Made by a program: the position numbers and the translations under genes. Below, piece by piece: positions 50,835-64,000 of a stretch of DNA of 64,000 nucleotides. The notes under the pieces were generated by a model, which did no database searches, was not told where the DNA came from, and saw only the letters and a list, made by a program, of their open reading frames with translations. The stretch covers positions 24,862,001 through 24,926,000 of the forward strand of contig OX597819.1 in assembly GCA_951406725.2 (NCBI GenBank), given 5' to 3'. Positions within the stretch are counted from its first letter, which is position 1, and every line of letters starts with the position of its first letter. The DNA comes from Octopus vulgaris (Eukaryota).

Positions 50835-51459
50835 TTAAGATAGAGACAGTTGGTGGGCAGTATTGGGTTAATGCTTATGACTAAAGAAATAGAACGAGGA
50901 AGGAAATAGAAAAAAAATCTAGAAACAAGAAGTGGATAGAATTATAAAGGTAAAAGTAGACTAGAGAAAGGTGAAAAGTGTTGTGGTGAATGCCATGGCG
51001 GGGAAGAAAGGGTTGAAATAATATAAATGGAGTAGTGAACAATTGCATTATCTACAGGAACTATTCATGTAACAGTGTAATATGTACAATAAATGTGCAT
51101 TGTATGCACATCATTATCATCATCATCACAATTTAATGTTCATGTTTCATGCTAGCATGCATGTTAGATCAAGTATTATGTATAAGCAAGTAGTATGTAA
51201 TGCCCAACTTAAAACAATATGGACAATGAATAATGCTTAAGATGTTACCAATGTGTTATACTTCTAAATGATTAGACATACTTTGAAGTTATTTGTTTGC
51301 TGTTGTAATTTGTTCTTTCTTAGTTACCTATACAAGAGTGTGTGTGTGTACATGTACTTATTTTTGTGCATGTTTTCCTTGATGATTGTATGTATTATAA
51401 TTGTTAAACATGCATGTCCTCTGTGTTTATGTGTATGCATGTATATATCTCTGTGTGTA

Positions 51460-51493
<34 letters not shown>

Positions 51494-51496
<3 letters not shown>

Positions 51497-52199
51497 TCAT
51501 CATCATCATTTAACGTCCGTTTTCCATCCTTGCATGGGTTGGACAGTTCGACCGGTGTCTGGTAAGCCATGGAGGCTGCACCAGGCTCTAGTCTGATTTG
51601 GCAGTGTTTCTACAGCTGGATGCCCTTCCTAACGCCAACCACTTCGTGAGTGTAGTGGGTGTTTTTTTATGTGCCACCGGCACAGGCCAGAGCAGGCTGG
51701 CAAATAGCAATGATCGGTTGGTGCTTTTACGTGTCACCACCATGGACACCTGTCGGGCGGTGCTAGTATCTGCCACGTTCAGACGGTGCTTTTTACGTGT
51801 CACCGGTACGGGTGTCTTAACTACGATTCCATTTGAATTTTTATTTTGATGCTGACGTACTTGACTCAACAGGTCTCCTCAAGAACAGTGGGTCACTCTA
51901 CGATCCAAGGTTAGCACAGCAGGCCGTCCTGCGAACCATGAACTCACTTTATTTGTTGGGTCTTCGAAGTCACAGCATATCTCCAGAGGTCTCGGTCTTT
52001 CGTCATAGCCTCTGTGAGGCTCAAAGTACGAAAGTCATGCTTGACCACTTCGTCCCATGTCTTCCTGGGTCTACCTCTACCCCAGATTCCTTCAACAGTT
52101 TGGGAGTGGCACTTCTTCTCACATCTCTCCTCATCCATCCGTAGTACATGACCATACCAACGCAAACGTCTCTCCTGCACACTGCATCCGATGCTTCTT
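51494..52199 (-). mobile_element. RTE LINE 3' end (ORF2 C-terminus, 3' UTR, (ATG)n tail)
   Basis: ORF 51944-52261 contains ERRLRWYGHVLRMDEERC...GRGRPRKTWDEVVKHD...DRDLWR, typical of the RTE clade. Confidence 0.9.
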
Positions 52200-52739
52200 A
52201 TATATATATATTGATATATTGTGGCTAAGTGCAAGCCAACATACATAGTGTAGTGAATCAAAAAGAATTTTTAAACAATTGAAATTACACCCTTAAAAAG
52301 AAGAAAAATTGTTAGCATTAATGACACTTCTTGTTAAAGAAGTTTCTCTCTCTCTCTCCCTCCTCCCTTGCTCGCTCCTCTCCCCTTTGCTCCTCCCCTC
52401 CCACCCTCTCTGTATATGTATGAATATGTATATTTAGAATATTTTTAGAGCTCCAGCAGGGAATTGTTATTTAAACTCTAGAATTTTCTGCTTATTACTT
52501 CCTTGCTCAGTTCAAGAAACTCAAGAACCTGAGTAACTATTAGACCGTTTTCAGTTGAAAAAGTAACATGTATATACTCCACTTAATGTATGGAGTACAA
52601 TTTTTCTTCCTGTTTTCACATGCTAAATGTAGTTATCTCTTTATAAATGCAGCAGTCAAAAGATTTACTTACATTTCATTGTTGTGTGTGAGAAGTTGGA
52701 GTATTATTGTCTATAACCCAAGGGAGTAAGTACTATGTA

Positions 52740-53160
52740 CTATCATTTCAGGGAAGTAAAAGGAATGGTAAGATTTGTTTAGATAACCTAGATACTCTGA
52801 AAACACATAGGAAGAAATGGAGTTCAGTAGGCCATTGATCCTTGGAATGAAAGACTGCAATTAATGGTTGGTGTGAGATTTGGCAGGAAAGACAGAATAC
52901 AAGTTTGTTTGTTTTCTTTCTTTTTTAATGACTTATTCAGAAAAGTAAAAGCTGTGCCCATGAACCTCTTCAGTGTCTTTGAGACTGGTGGGAAGAAGGA
53001 GGAAGTTATTTCCAGACTGGAGACCAGGCCTGAATGCTTCTAAGAGGCTGGATTCAGTTAAAGGCACTCAAAGGTCCAGGTGGTGGTGTTATATTGGACA
53101 ATCATAAATCCAAGAAGTAAATACAGCCAATTACTGCATGGACAAATTGGATTGCAGCTA
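52740..53160 (-). mobile_element. Decayed jockey/L2-group LINE 3' end
   Basis: Minus frame SHTNH*LQSFIPRINGLLNSISSYVF resembles the ...SFFPRTxxLWNSLPxxVFP motif; upstream AFN*IQ and PPSSH-like remnants. Confidence 0.5.
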
Positions 53161-53430
53161 GACTATTCTGAAGATTAATTAATGATAATAATGGTTTCAA
53201 ATTTTGGCATAGGGCCTGCTGTTTTCGAGGTGAGGGAGAAGTTGATTGCATTGACCCCAGTACTTAACTGGTACTTATTTTATTGACCTCAAAAGGATGA
53301 AAGGCAAAGTAAACCTGTGTGGAATTTGATCTCAGGACATAATTATTACAGACAAACTGCCACTAAGCATTTTGTCTAGTGTGCTGACAGTTCTGCCAGC
53401 TCACTACCTTATAGATCAATAATAATAGTT

Positions 53431-53463
<33 letters not shown>

Positions 53464-53816
53464 ATAATAATAATAATGATCCTTTCACAAGGCCTGAAAT
53501 TTGGTGGGAGGAGACTAGGCAGTTATATTGACCCCAGTGTTAAACTGGTTTTTATTTCATCGAAATAAAAAGTATGAGAGGCTAAGTCAACGTGGTGGTA
53601 TTTGAACTCAGAACGTAAATAAAGCCAAATGAAATGCTGCTAAACATTGTTAAAAAGGATTATTCTTTTTCACTTTAGAAAATGAGAAATTAGAAGTTAC
53701 AAGTAAATCTGTTAAGCTACGTACTCGTAGAATAGAGTTATGGCCCAAGAACTCATATTTATGGATGTGAGTGTGTAAATGTTTATAATTAATGATGATA
53801 CTAGAATCTCTATACA

Positions 53817-54048
53817 AGGCGGCGAGCTGGCAGAATCGTTAGCACGCCGGGCGAAATGCTCAGCGGTATTTCGTCCGCCGCTGCGTTCTGAGTTCAAATT
53901 CCGCCGAGGTCGACTTTGCCTTTCATTCTTTCGGGGTCGATTAAATAAGTACCAGTTACGCACTGGGGTCGATATAATCGACTTAACCCATTTGTCTGTC
54001 CTTGTTTGTCCCCTCTGTGTTTAGCCCCTTGTGGGTAGTAAAGAAATA
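53817..54048 (+). mobile_element. SINE family B, tail type B1 (young)
   Basis: CpGs intact; TSD gatactagaatctcta at 53797-53812 and 54049-54064. Two older minus-strand B copies lie at 53190-53650. Confidence 0.9.
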
Positions 54049-54571
54049 GATACTAGAATCTCTACATATAATTGTGTGTGTGTGTATTACTGAGTCCTTG
54101 CCTTTTAGTCACGTAGTTGTTAAACAAGTGTCACAGTTGCGCAACTGGTGCTCTTTGTTTCCAATCTTTCAAGGAAACATACTTGGTCATCGGGCATTAT
54201 TACCTTGCATGAAAACAGAGGAGAGTTGGCAATGGTGAGGGTTGGTGCTCGGAAGGGGCACCTACCCATGGAATATCTGCATCAACAAATTCCATGTAAA
54301 CCATGCAAACATGGGAAAGTTGGATGTTAGAACGATAATGATGATGTCTCTCTCTCTCCCTCTCTCTCTATCTATATATATATATGTGTGTGTGTGTGTA
54401 TATGTTTATGTATATATATGTATATGTGTATATATGTATATGTGTATATATGTATATATGTATATATATATATATATATGTGTGTTTATATGTATATATG
54501 TAAATGAACATATGTATATATCTGTATTTGTATGTATGTATATATATCCATATATATATATATGGATATAT

Positions 54572-55130
54572 ATAGTGTAATAAATAAAATATATGCATAC
54601 ATACAAACATATATGTACATACCTACATCTACCTGTATATATACATGCAAATATAAATATATATACGTGTGTACAGGACACCACAAATAGACATAGAACT
54701 CAACGAGAAACGAAAAAGTAAAAACAGCATGGAACGGACCATTTTTTTAACAACGAAAAAACAGAGTACAAGACAACTACACAAGGAAAAATCCCCTTCA
54801 TCAGCTGTCCCTAGTTCAACTCCAGCGTGTTTCGAAGGTGAGGACAGGTGTAGTTGTCTTGTACTCTGTTTTTTCGTTGTTAAAAAAATTGTCCGTTCCA
54901 TGCTGTTTTTACTTTTTCGTTTCTCGTTGAGTTCTATGTCTATTTGTGGTGTCCCGTACACATGTATATATATTTATATATGCATGTATATATACATGTA
55001 GATGTAGGTACGTACACATATGTTTGTATGTATGCATATATTTTATTTATTACACTATTGTATGACTGAGCGCCCTCGCGTCGATTCGTTTCGTTTCATT
55101 TCGTTTCTTCTTCTTCTCTAATCTGGTTTT
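54572..55130. mobile_element. Palindromic (fold-back) Penelope-like insertion
   Basis: Inverted arms 54572-54782 and 54848-55058, 65-bp spacer, 3' extension to 55130; tatatggatatatat duplicated at 54559-54573 and 55131-55145. Confidence 0.75.
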
Positions 55131-55244
55131 TATATGGATATATATGTATATGGGTATATATATATGTATATGGGTATATATATATGTATATAGGTATATA
55201 TGTATATATATGTGTATAAATGTATATATATATGTGTATAAATG

Positions 55245-55277
<33 letters not shown>

Positions 55278-55745
55278 GTGTATAAATGTATATATATATA
55301 TATGTGTATAAATGTATATATATATATATGTGTATAAATGTATATATATATATATATGTGTATAAATGTATATATATATATATATATGTATAAATGTATA
55401 TATATCTATATATGTATATATATATGTGTGTGTATAAATGTATATATATCTATATATGTATATATATATGTGTGTGTATAAATGTATGAATATATCTATA
55501 TATGTGTATAAATGTCTCTATATATCTATATATGTATATATGTGTGTATAAATGTATGTATGTATATGTGTATATATGTATGTATAATATATGTGTATAT
55601 ATGTATATGTGTATATATGTATGTATATATATGTATATGTGCATATATGTATATATATATATATATGTATGTATATATGTGTGTATGTATATATCTTTAT
55701 ATAAATGTATATGTATGTATATATATTTATGTGTACGTATGTATG

Positions 55746-55783
<38 letters not shown>

Positions 55784-55800
55784 TATATGTATGCATTTTT
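55131..55800. repeat. TA-rich compound microsatellite with higher-order unit gtgtataaatg(ta)n
   Basis: Directly visible. Confidence 0.9.
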
Positions 55801-56615
55801 ATGAGTGGTTATTTTGAATAATACCACATTAATAGTCTGTTGGAATTTATACATAACTTATATGTTTATATTTAAGCATGTTTATACGTACATATGTGTA
55901 TGTATGTGGGTATCTATATTTGTATTATTGCCATTATCATTATTAATCTCTGGAGATCACTGGGCGGTGGTAGTGGTTTGGGTGTTACAATTATAATCTT
56001 TCATTCCAAATATTTCTATGAATATACACCAAAGTATTTTAATATTATTATAACTTTCATATGACTACGATTTTACATATGTATTAAAAATATATCCATA
56101 TGTATATAGAAATATGTATGTTTGTTATGTGCGTACTTGTTTCTATATACGTTTATGCTGTATATATATATATATATATATCTGAGTGTATCTCCATATG
56201 TGTTTCTGTGTATGTGCATGTATGTGGTCAGGATCTGATGCAGGCTGAACATTGAATATAAGTGTGTGAATAGCATCATAAATTTACCAATGTTTATCTA
56301 TGTATATACTGAAAGTGTGTGTGTGTATGTGTGTGTGTTTGAATGGATAGAGTATAGGACTATCTGCCAATAGACTAAATTCAAATTGACTTCAGGCATT
56401 TTGATGCATTTTTCTTTCTTTTTTGTTGGTAATCTTATCTGGAGAAAAATTTCTCACTCCTATTTAACACTATGAAAGTTTTAGTTCAGCTGTACCCCTT
56501 TAAAGGCTTTTGAGAATTGGTATGTATACACACACCATGTGGTTTGAATGAATGCATGGATGAAATTGTATAATATGTCCAACTTTTTGAAAAAAATTTA
56601 CATTATTATTCTTAC

Positions 56616-56648
<33 letters not shown>

Positions 56649-56654
56649 GGTGGC

Positions 56655-57071
56655 AAGGAGTGGCTGTGTGGTAAGTAGCTTGCTAACCAAGCACATGGTT
56701 CCGGGTTCAGTCCCACTGCGTGGCATCTTGGGCAAGGTGTCTTCTACTATAGCCTCGGGCCGACCAAAGCCTTGTGAGTGGATTTGGTAGACGGAAACTG
56801 AAAGAAGCCCGCCGTGTATATGTGTATATATATATATATATGTGTGTGTGTGTGAGTTTGTGTGTCTGTGTTTGTCCCTCCAACATCGCTTGACAACCGA
56901 TGCTGGTGTGTTTACGTCCCCGTAACTTAGCGGTTCGGCAAAAGAGACCGATAGAATAAGTACTAGGCTTACAAAGAATAAGTCCCGGGGTCGATTTGCT
57001 CGACTAAAGGTGGTGCTCCAGCATGGCCACAGTCAAATGACTGAAACAAGTAAAAGAGTAAAGAGAGAGTA
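56655..57071 (+). mobile_element. SINE family A (young) inserted into the head of a family B SINE
   Basis: The B head aaggtggca|agctggcagaatt is split by the insertion. Confidence 0.9.
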
Positions 57072-57895
<824 letters not shown>

Positions 57896-58002
57896 TTAAT
57901 GTAAGATACAAATAAGATGATAATTTATTTTCAAACACAGAAGTACCATTAGCAGTCTGTTGACAAATGTTTCTGCTTTGTAAGGTAATTTACTCAATAT
58001 TT

Positions 58003-58391
58003 GTGGAGGCGCAATGGCCCAGTGATTAGGGCAGCGGACTCGCGGTCGTAGGATCGCAGTTTTGATTCCCAGACCGGGTGTTGTGAGTGTTTATTGAGCG
58101 AAAACACCTAAAGCTTCACGAGGCTCCGGCAGGGGATGGTGGTGATCCCTGCTGTACTCTTTCACCACAACTTTCTCTCACTCTTACTTCCTGTTTCTGT
58201 TGTACCTGTATTTCAAAGGGCCGGCCTTGTCACTCTCTGTGTTACGCTGAATATCCCTGAGAACTGCGTTAAGGGTACACGTGTCTGTGGAGTGCTCAGC
58301 CACTTACACATTAATTTCACGAGCAGGCTGTTCCGTTGATCGGATCAACCGGAACCCTCGTCGTCGTAACCGACGGAGTGCTTCCACCACC
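58003..58391 (+). mobile_element. SINE family C, full length
   Basis: TSD caatattt at 57995-58002 and 58392-58399. Confidence 0.9.
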
Positions 58392-58504
58392 CAATATTTC
58401 TGCTGTTCTAATGGCGTTTCTGTGTTTTAAAATAAATTATCATCTTATTTGTATCTTACAATACACATTTCAACTCTCATAAAAAAACAACAAATATTTG
58501 TTTA

Positions 58505-59900
58505 TATTATTAGTGTGTTTTTGTTGTCATTGTTGAGTTTGTTTCATGCAAGCTGTTCTAAGTCTCACCCAAAGACTTCAAGTTAACAGCAAGCAGGAAG
58601 TTTTACTCTTCATGTTACCCATGAATAGCAATTTCAAGGAAAGGTGACCAAAAACTGACAAGTAGGATTTCATCAAAAGTTTATTATGATTTGAAAGATT
58701 TAAAAAGATTCAGGCATTTTCAGATGATAATGGTTTTCATAGGATGAGAAAATTTTTTTACTGTTCTTATACTTTTGGGATTCCTGGTATTTGACCACAG
58801 TATTTAAGAGTGCCATCTGGTATAATTGCTCAAACCCCAGTAACCACAGGTATATAGATGTCATTCATAGATGCTACATTTTTGAGGCCTCTGTTTCATG
58901 TATTTAATTAACTTTTCCATTAAAGTCTTTTGGGATTGACAAATCCTGTTTTAGCCATGTGATTTTTAGCCACAATATCTGCTCTATTGACCTGGACAAC
59001 TTAATTAGTTTCAATGTTAAAGTTGCAGAGAATTGTGCTGTCTTTATTTTCTGCTATTTAGGCTGGTAAAAATGGAAGTTGAGATGATAATTCATTTTGG
59101 TGCATACTAGCATTCATTATAAGTGGAGTGAAATAACCAATATTAGGTTTAGAAATTTAATAGTCCCATCACAGCTTTGCTTACTGGGATCTTATCTTAC
59201 ATTGCTTATTAATCTGGAGGTTGACAATATCACTAAATGAAAATGATTCCATGAACAGGTAAACAAACAAGCAAATAAATCTGCTAAAGTCAAATGGGTT
59301 CTTAAGTTTGCTTGACATTCAACAAAATTTTGAGCTGCCTTATTTGGGAATATTCATTTATCTGCATCTTTATTGTCCATTGCAAGATCAGTTCTTGTAT
59401 AGATCTTGCCTTAGACAACATCTCAGATGTTTCATAGTTTTGTGGATTGTAGAATCATTGGAGGAGTTGTATACCCATTTGTTGAGTGCCAAGTTGGTTC
59501 TGTCAACACCAAACCCAGCTTTCATCTACATCAGGTGATTGTTATTCATTTACTGCTGCTCCAATTGTTGTTGACGGTTGGTAGACAGTTGTTCCTTTCT
59601 ACCCCAACAGAGTTGTTCTTGTCTCATTTCTCTTCTGTGTCAACCTCAAGAGAAGGGACACATTTAAGGAAGCTTTGCTTTGACCAAACACCAGTTCAGA
59701 GTCACCTGTAACAATCAAAGAATGTTGTTCATTAATTTTCTGTCACAACAGAGTTGTTCTTGTTTCATTTCTTGTGGTGTCAACCTCAACAGAAGTGACA
59801 CATTTGAGGAAGCTTTGCTTTGACCAAACACCAGTTCAGAGTCACCTGTAACAATCAAAGAATGTTGTTCATTTATTTTCTGTCACTGAAATTCCTTCAT
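58505..59900 (-). mobile_element. Decayed R4/Dong-like (restriction-like endonuclease) non-LTR retrotransposon, 3' part
   Basis: Minus frame: AENKDSTILCNFNIETN*VVQVNRADIVAKNH (RPD motif region, 58959-58991), EKLIKY, IPVVTGV*AIIPDGTLKYCGQIPGIP; 3' UTR ends near taataa. The 5' boundary is uncertain. Confidence 0.75.
59605..59885. repeat. ~140-bp direct tandem duplication
   Basis: caacagagttgttcttgt...ttttctgtca at 59605-59745 and 59746-59885. Confidence 0.9.
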
Positions 59901-60379
59901 ACTGGCCGTGATCTCATAATGGCTGATAGGGCAATGTCCACCAGAATATAGGAGATAACTATGTGTGTTGGTCTCAGACAGTCTGATAGGTAGATAGGGA
60001 ATAATAAAAACTCAATCTATCTACTCAGCATAGATACATCTTTCCCATTACTAAGCTTTGAAGTAGCTGTGTGCATAGCTGTGTGCTACAGAAAGTTGAA
60101 CATTGGACCTGAGGAATTGCACTCCATCTTGTATTTGTGAACTTGCTGATGATGCTAAGACAAAATTTTTGTTTCAGTTATTACATATGTCCCTCAGCTT
60201 CTAGGAGTATATTTTTTTTTGTGGCATAGGTTTGACCTGAGTACAATGTTGTCATTGGCTCTACTTTCTAGCGCATGACAAAAGAGAGTGAAAGAAAGAA
60301 AAATAATAAGAGACTGATTTAGATATATTCACTATAAACTATGTATTCTCTTTCATCGTGATAAAATTTTCAAACATGA

Positions 60380-60387
60380 TATATATA

Positions 60388-60422
<35 letters not shown>

Positions 60423-60446
60423 AAAACAATTCTCTCTCTCTCTATA

Positions 60447-60526
<80 letters not shown>

Positions 60527-60604
60527 CATACATATATACATATATATATACATATATATATATATATTGAAAATAATTTTATAATATATATCATCTCTCT
60601 CTCA

Positions 60605-60639
<35 letters not shown>

Positions 60640-60651
60640 TGAAAACAATTT

Positions 60652-60737
<86 letters not shown>

Positions 60738-60740
60738 GTT
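60380..60740. repeat. Compound (TA)n/(CT)n/(CA)n microsatellite with repeated ttgaaaa(c/t)aatt anchor
   Basis: Directly visible. Confidence 0.9.
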
Positions 60741-61156
60741 ATGTATGAGAGACAGAGAAAGAGTGAGTTTGCTGTTTATTTGACTTACAGTGCTTTACTA
60801 AATAAATAATTTTGGTTCAATAATTTGTGAACAGGTTTTTCAACCTACAAATCAAAGCTGATTGCCTGTTTTTATGCATTTACTGTTTTTTTTATCCATT
60901 TTATTTGTGTTTACTATATTTTATATTTGTTTTGTGTAGTTTATGATATGTTTGTATGTGCATGAATGTATGTGTGTGTGAGTGAGTACATATATCTATC
61001 TATCTTATACTATGTGTGTATGTATGTATATATATGTGTGTGTGTATCTATACTGATGGATATATATGTATATATAGATTTATGTATGTGGTATAGATAT
61101 GTGTGTATGTATACATACATACACATATATATATATATATGTATATTTTCTTACAG

Positions 61157-61169
61157 AACTATGCAATTT
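61157..61169 (+). other. Candidate 13-nt micro-exon (AACT ATG CAA TTT)
   Basis: ttttcttacag|aactatgcaattt|gtaagt: canonical acceptor and donor 13 nt apart. Splice-signal evidence only. Confidence 0.25.
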
Positions 61170-62392
61170 GTAAGTTCAGTTTCAGCTTGTATTTTATTTT
61201 CTTGAGTAAATTGTATTTGGGATTTCATAGTGCTGAATTTTTTCTTCCTGACTCAGCTTTAATATCATCTCCCCCACTTTATTGGAAAGAAAAGGAGTGA
61301 AAAAAACTGTCTTGTTAAGCTAAAAGATTGGAAACATAGCTTATCAATTGGAATTATAGAATTGCTGGTTGGTTGTCTTAATGGGACTCCTGGTTTTGGT
61401 TTTGTTTTGTTTGTTTCTCTCTTTTGGTTTTGTGAATAGTTTACTTTTGTGATTTCCATTTTCCATTTAAATGATTTTGGGATACATTGCTGATTGCAAA
61501 ATGACCGAATCATTAGCTAAATGTATACATGTAACATGCAAGTACATGTTTGAACCTGTATTAAAGTGGGTGGAACTTATAATATGTGTGTGTGTGTGTG
61601 TGTGTGTATATTTAGTTACATGTGTGTGTGCTTGTGTGGTTTATGTGTGTGTATGTATGTGTGTGTGTATGTGTATTTATGTATGTAAACACTGACTATG
61701 CCAAGATATATATTACTCTACACTTGCAATTGAGTACTCTAAGTTCGTTCATGCAAATTCATTGTTCCGTGTGTGTGTCTGTGTGCAACAATATGTGAGT
61801 GCATGTGCTTGTGCACATGCACTCATACATTGAGATTCAAAACCACTCCAGATACAGGCACAATATACAGAATTGCAGAAGTTTAGTGTGCTCATACGCA
61901 TACGTACAAATGTATACAAATATGCAGATACATTTGGTTAAAGATAAGTGACATGTGAAACACAAACCTGATAAATAAGACCATAAATTTTCTTTTTACA
62001 TATGTTGCTGTAGCTGTTGTTATTGTTTTGTTCTAGCTCAGGCCATAGGTCAGGGACCAAACCCATGATCAAAAGCATTCCTTTCATGTAGATTTCACCC
62101 ATTTATTTAGACATTGTGAATGTATGACTGCATTATATCTAGTGTCCTTTGCATGAAATGAATACCACGAGAAAGTAAAGAAAATATGGTCTGCAAAACT
62201 CAGCTTACAATAAGCATATCAGACACAACACTAACCTGCATTGCCTATCCTGACGCCAGTATTTAGCATTTTGCATTGATCACTACAATAACTTAGTGAG
62301 CAGGGTTTAAGAAACTCAGAAATGTCTTAGTGTTACAGGTATATCAAAATCAGTAAGGATGTTACAAAATTAAGCAGAATAAAAGTATATGT

Positions 62393-62742
62393 CACTACGT
62401 GGCACCTTGGGCAAGTGTCTTCTACTATAGCATCGGGCCGAACAAAGCCTTGTGAGTGGATTTGGTAAAAGGAAACTGAAAGAAGCCCGTCATATATATG
62501 TATATATATATACACACACATATATATACATATATATATATTCAAAATGTGACCGCGTGTGTACCGTTGTCAATTTTCTTTCTCCGTCTTCCCTTCTTTA
62601 GATCTTTCCTTTTCCTATATTTCTGACGAAGAGCTCCGCTCGAAACATTTCCTTCTTTCCTGAGCGTCCAATAATACTATACTTGTTCCACGTCCTTGCG
62701 TTGTTGTGTTTTCTCTTTGTGTTTTCATGTTTGGATTAACTT

Positions 62743-62779
<37 letters not shown>

Positions 62780-63016
62780 GTATGTGTGTGTGTATATATT
62801 TGTGTGTCTGTGCTTTTCCCCCCCCCCAACAAAAAAGCATCGCTTGACAACCGATGCTGGTGTGTTTACATCCCCGTAACTTAGCGTTTCGGCAAAAAGA
62901 GACCGATAGAATAAGTACTAAGGCTTACAAATAATAAGTCCTGGGGTCGATTTGCTCGACCAAAAAGCGGTGCTCCAGCATAGCCACAGTCAAATGACTG
63001 AAACAAGTAAAAGAGT
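62393..63016 (+). mobile_element. SINE family A interrupted in its central (TA)n by a Penelope-like insertion
   Basis: A body at 62393-62495 and 62800-63016. Confidence 0.85.
62543..62745 (+). mobile_element. Short Penelope-like insertion with hammerhead-like core
   Basis: CTGACGA-A-GAGC(tcc)GCTC-GAAAC at 62623-62646; downstream ttcctgagcgtccaataatac...ttccac is similar to the 41845-42062 element. Confidence 0.65.
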
Positions 63017-63497
63017 ATTATTTGACCTACTATAATATTTAGCGTAATTTCTTGGGAAGTATGTAGCAAAGTTCATTATCTTTCTAAGTCTTATTTACAT
63101 AAACGTTCTTTTAGTTGTTTCTTCTTGTTTTCCTCCTTTCGTCACTGTCAGTCGTATTTCTGAGAATATAGTAATAATTGGTACAGCTGGTTTCTGAACT
63201 TTTATCCTTTTTCTCGTATAGATACACTTGCTATTGCTCCTAAGCCACACCTAATCATTGCATTTATAAGACTGTATCTGCTTATGTACACTGTATTTTG
63301 TTGATAGTTGTGATGAGGTGATTCCTGATATCTTCATTTAATATTGCATGCGCTTATATAATCTTTATTTAACTTCCGTAATTTTTGTTTGTTTGATCCA
63401 GAATGTTGATTATTGTAATAATATTCCACTAGGTATTGAATCGACCGTAACTGATTAATGAATATCATGCCATCACCTTTATTCATTTGGTCACTTT

Positions 63498-63538
<41 letters not shown>

Positions 63539-63571
63539 GTACACACAATATATATACACGATATATATATA

Positions 63572-64000
63572 CGTGGTCTGATCAATAAGTATCTAGACGA
63601 TTGCCATAGTAACGAAGCTGACGTATGCTAAGTATAACCACTTGGCACAGACTGACCTTGAACTTTGACGTGTATGCACATAAGTTTTAACGTTCTAGCT
63701 CACTTCGGCTGTTTACAGCAGTGCTTGGAAGGAACGTGTGTAACGTGTGAACGTCGCATTAACAGAGAAAGTTGAGCAGAGAATCTGCATCAAATTTTGC
63801 CAAAAGTTTGGCGATACTTGCTCAGAAGCCTTAGGCAAAGTTTTCAAGTTTTCATCGTTCTCGACACAATCAGGGAGATCTTGTGCGACTGAAACCCGTG
63901 TGTCTTTGTGGCCAGCTGAAAGCAATTTTGGCACAAACTTGACAGACACGCGTCTCATACCCAAATCTTAAGTGATAATGGACTGAACTGGACTGTAACT
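63572..64000. mobile_element. Internally rearranged mariner derivative (runs off window)
   Basis: TA|cgtggtctgatcaataagt terminus; plus strand EKVEQRICIKFCQKFGDTCSEA (N-terminal HTH) abuts minus strand MRRVSVKFVPKLLS (WVPHEL-like linker). Confidence 0.8.

Noticed and set aside
54629-55001. Two near-identical 110-aa ORFs on opposite strands
   Set aside because: A consequence of the palindrome; no recognisable domain.

Overview
AT-rich, microsatellite-saturated eukaryotic DNA. The repeat families look like those of an octopus or other coleoid cephalopod; this is an inference from repeat content, not a database result. I found no intact protein-coding gene: nearly all ORFs in the track are microsatellite or SINE artefacts. 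The window is mostly a mosaic of tRNA-headed SINEs (at least four head types with swappable LINE-derived tails), decayed LINE fragments (RTE, CR1-like, jockey/L2-group, R4/Dong-like), non-autonomous Helitrons, a HINE-like element, and Tc1/mariner, piggyBac-like and other MITEs. It also holds several short Penelope-like insertions carrying minimal hammerhead-ribozyme motifs. The most interesting observations are: (1) a tRNA-headed element joined to a hammerhead-ribozyme/Penelope-type tail with an inverted 5' end (47.5-47.9 kb); (2) a piggyBac-like MITE that has captured about 290 bp of neighbouring DNA in inverted orientation; (3) a 211-bp-arm palindromic insertion; (4) SINE tails that match LINE remnants in the same window; (5) a CpG-rich to CpG-poor switch near 27.5 kb that may mark the start of a methylated host gene body with small candidate exons. 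Coordinates were read by eye and may be off by a few bases, more for decayed elements.
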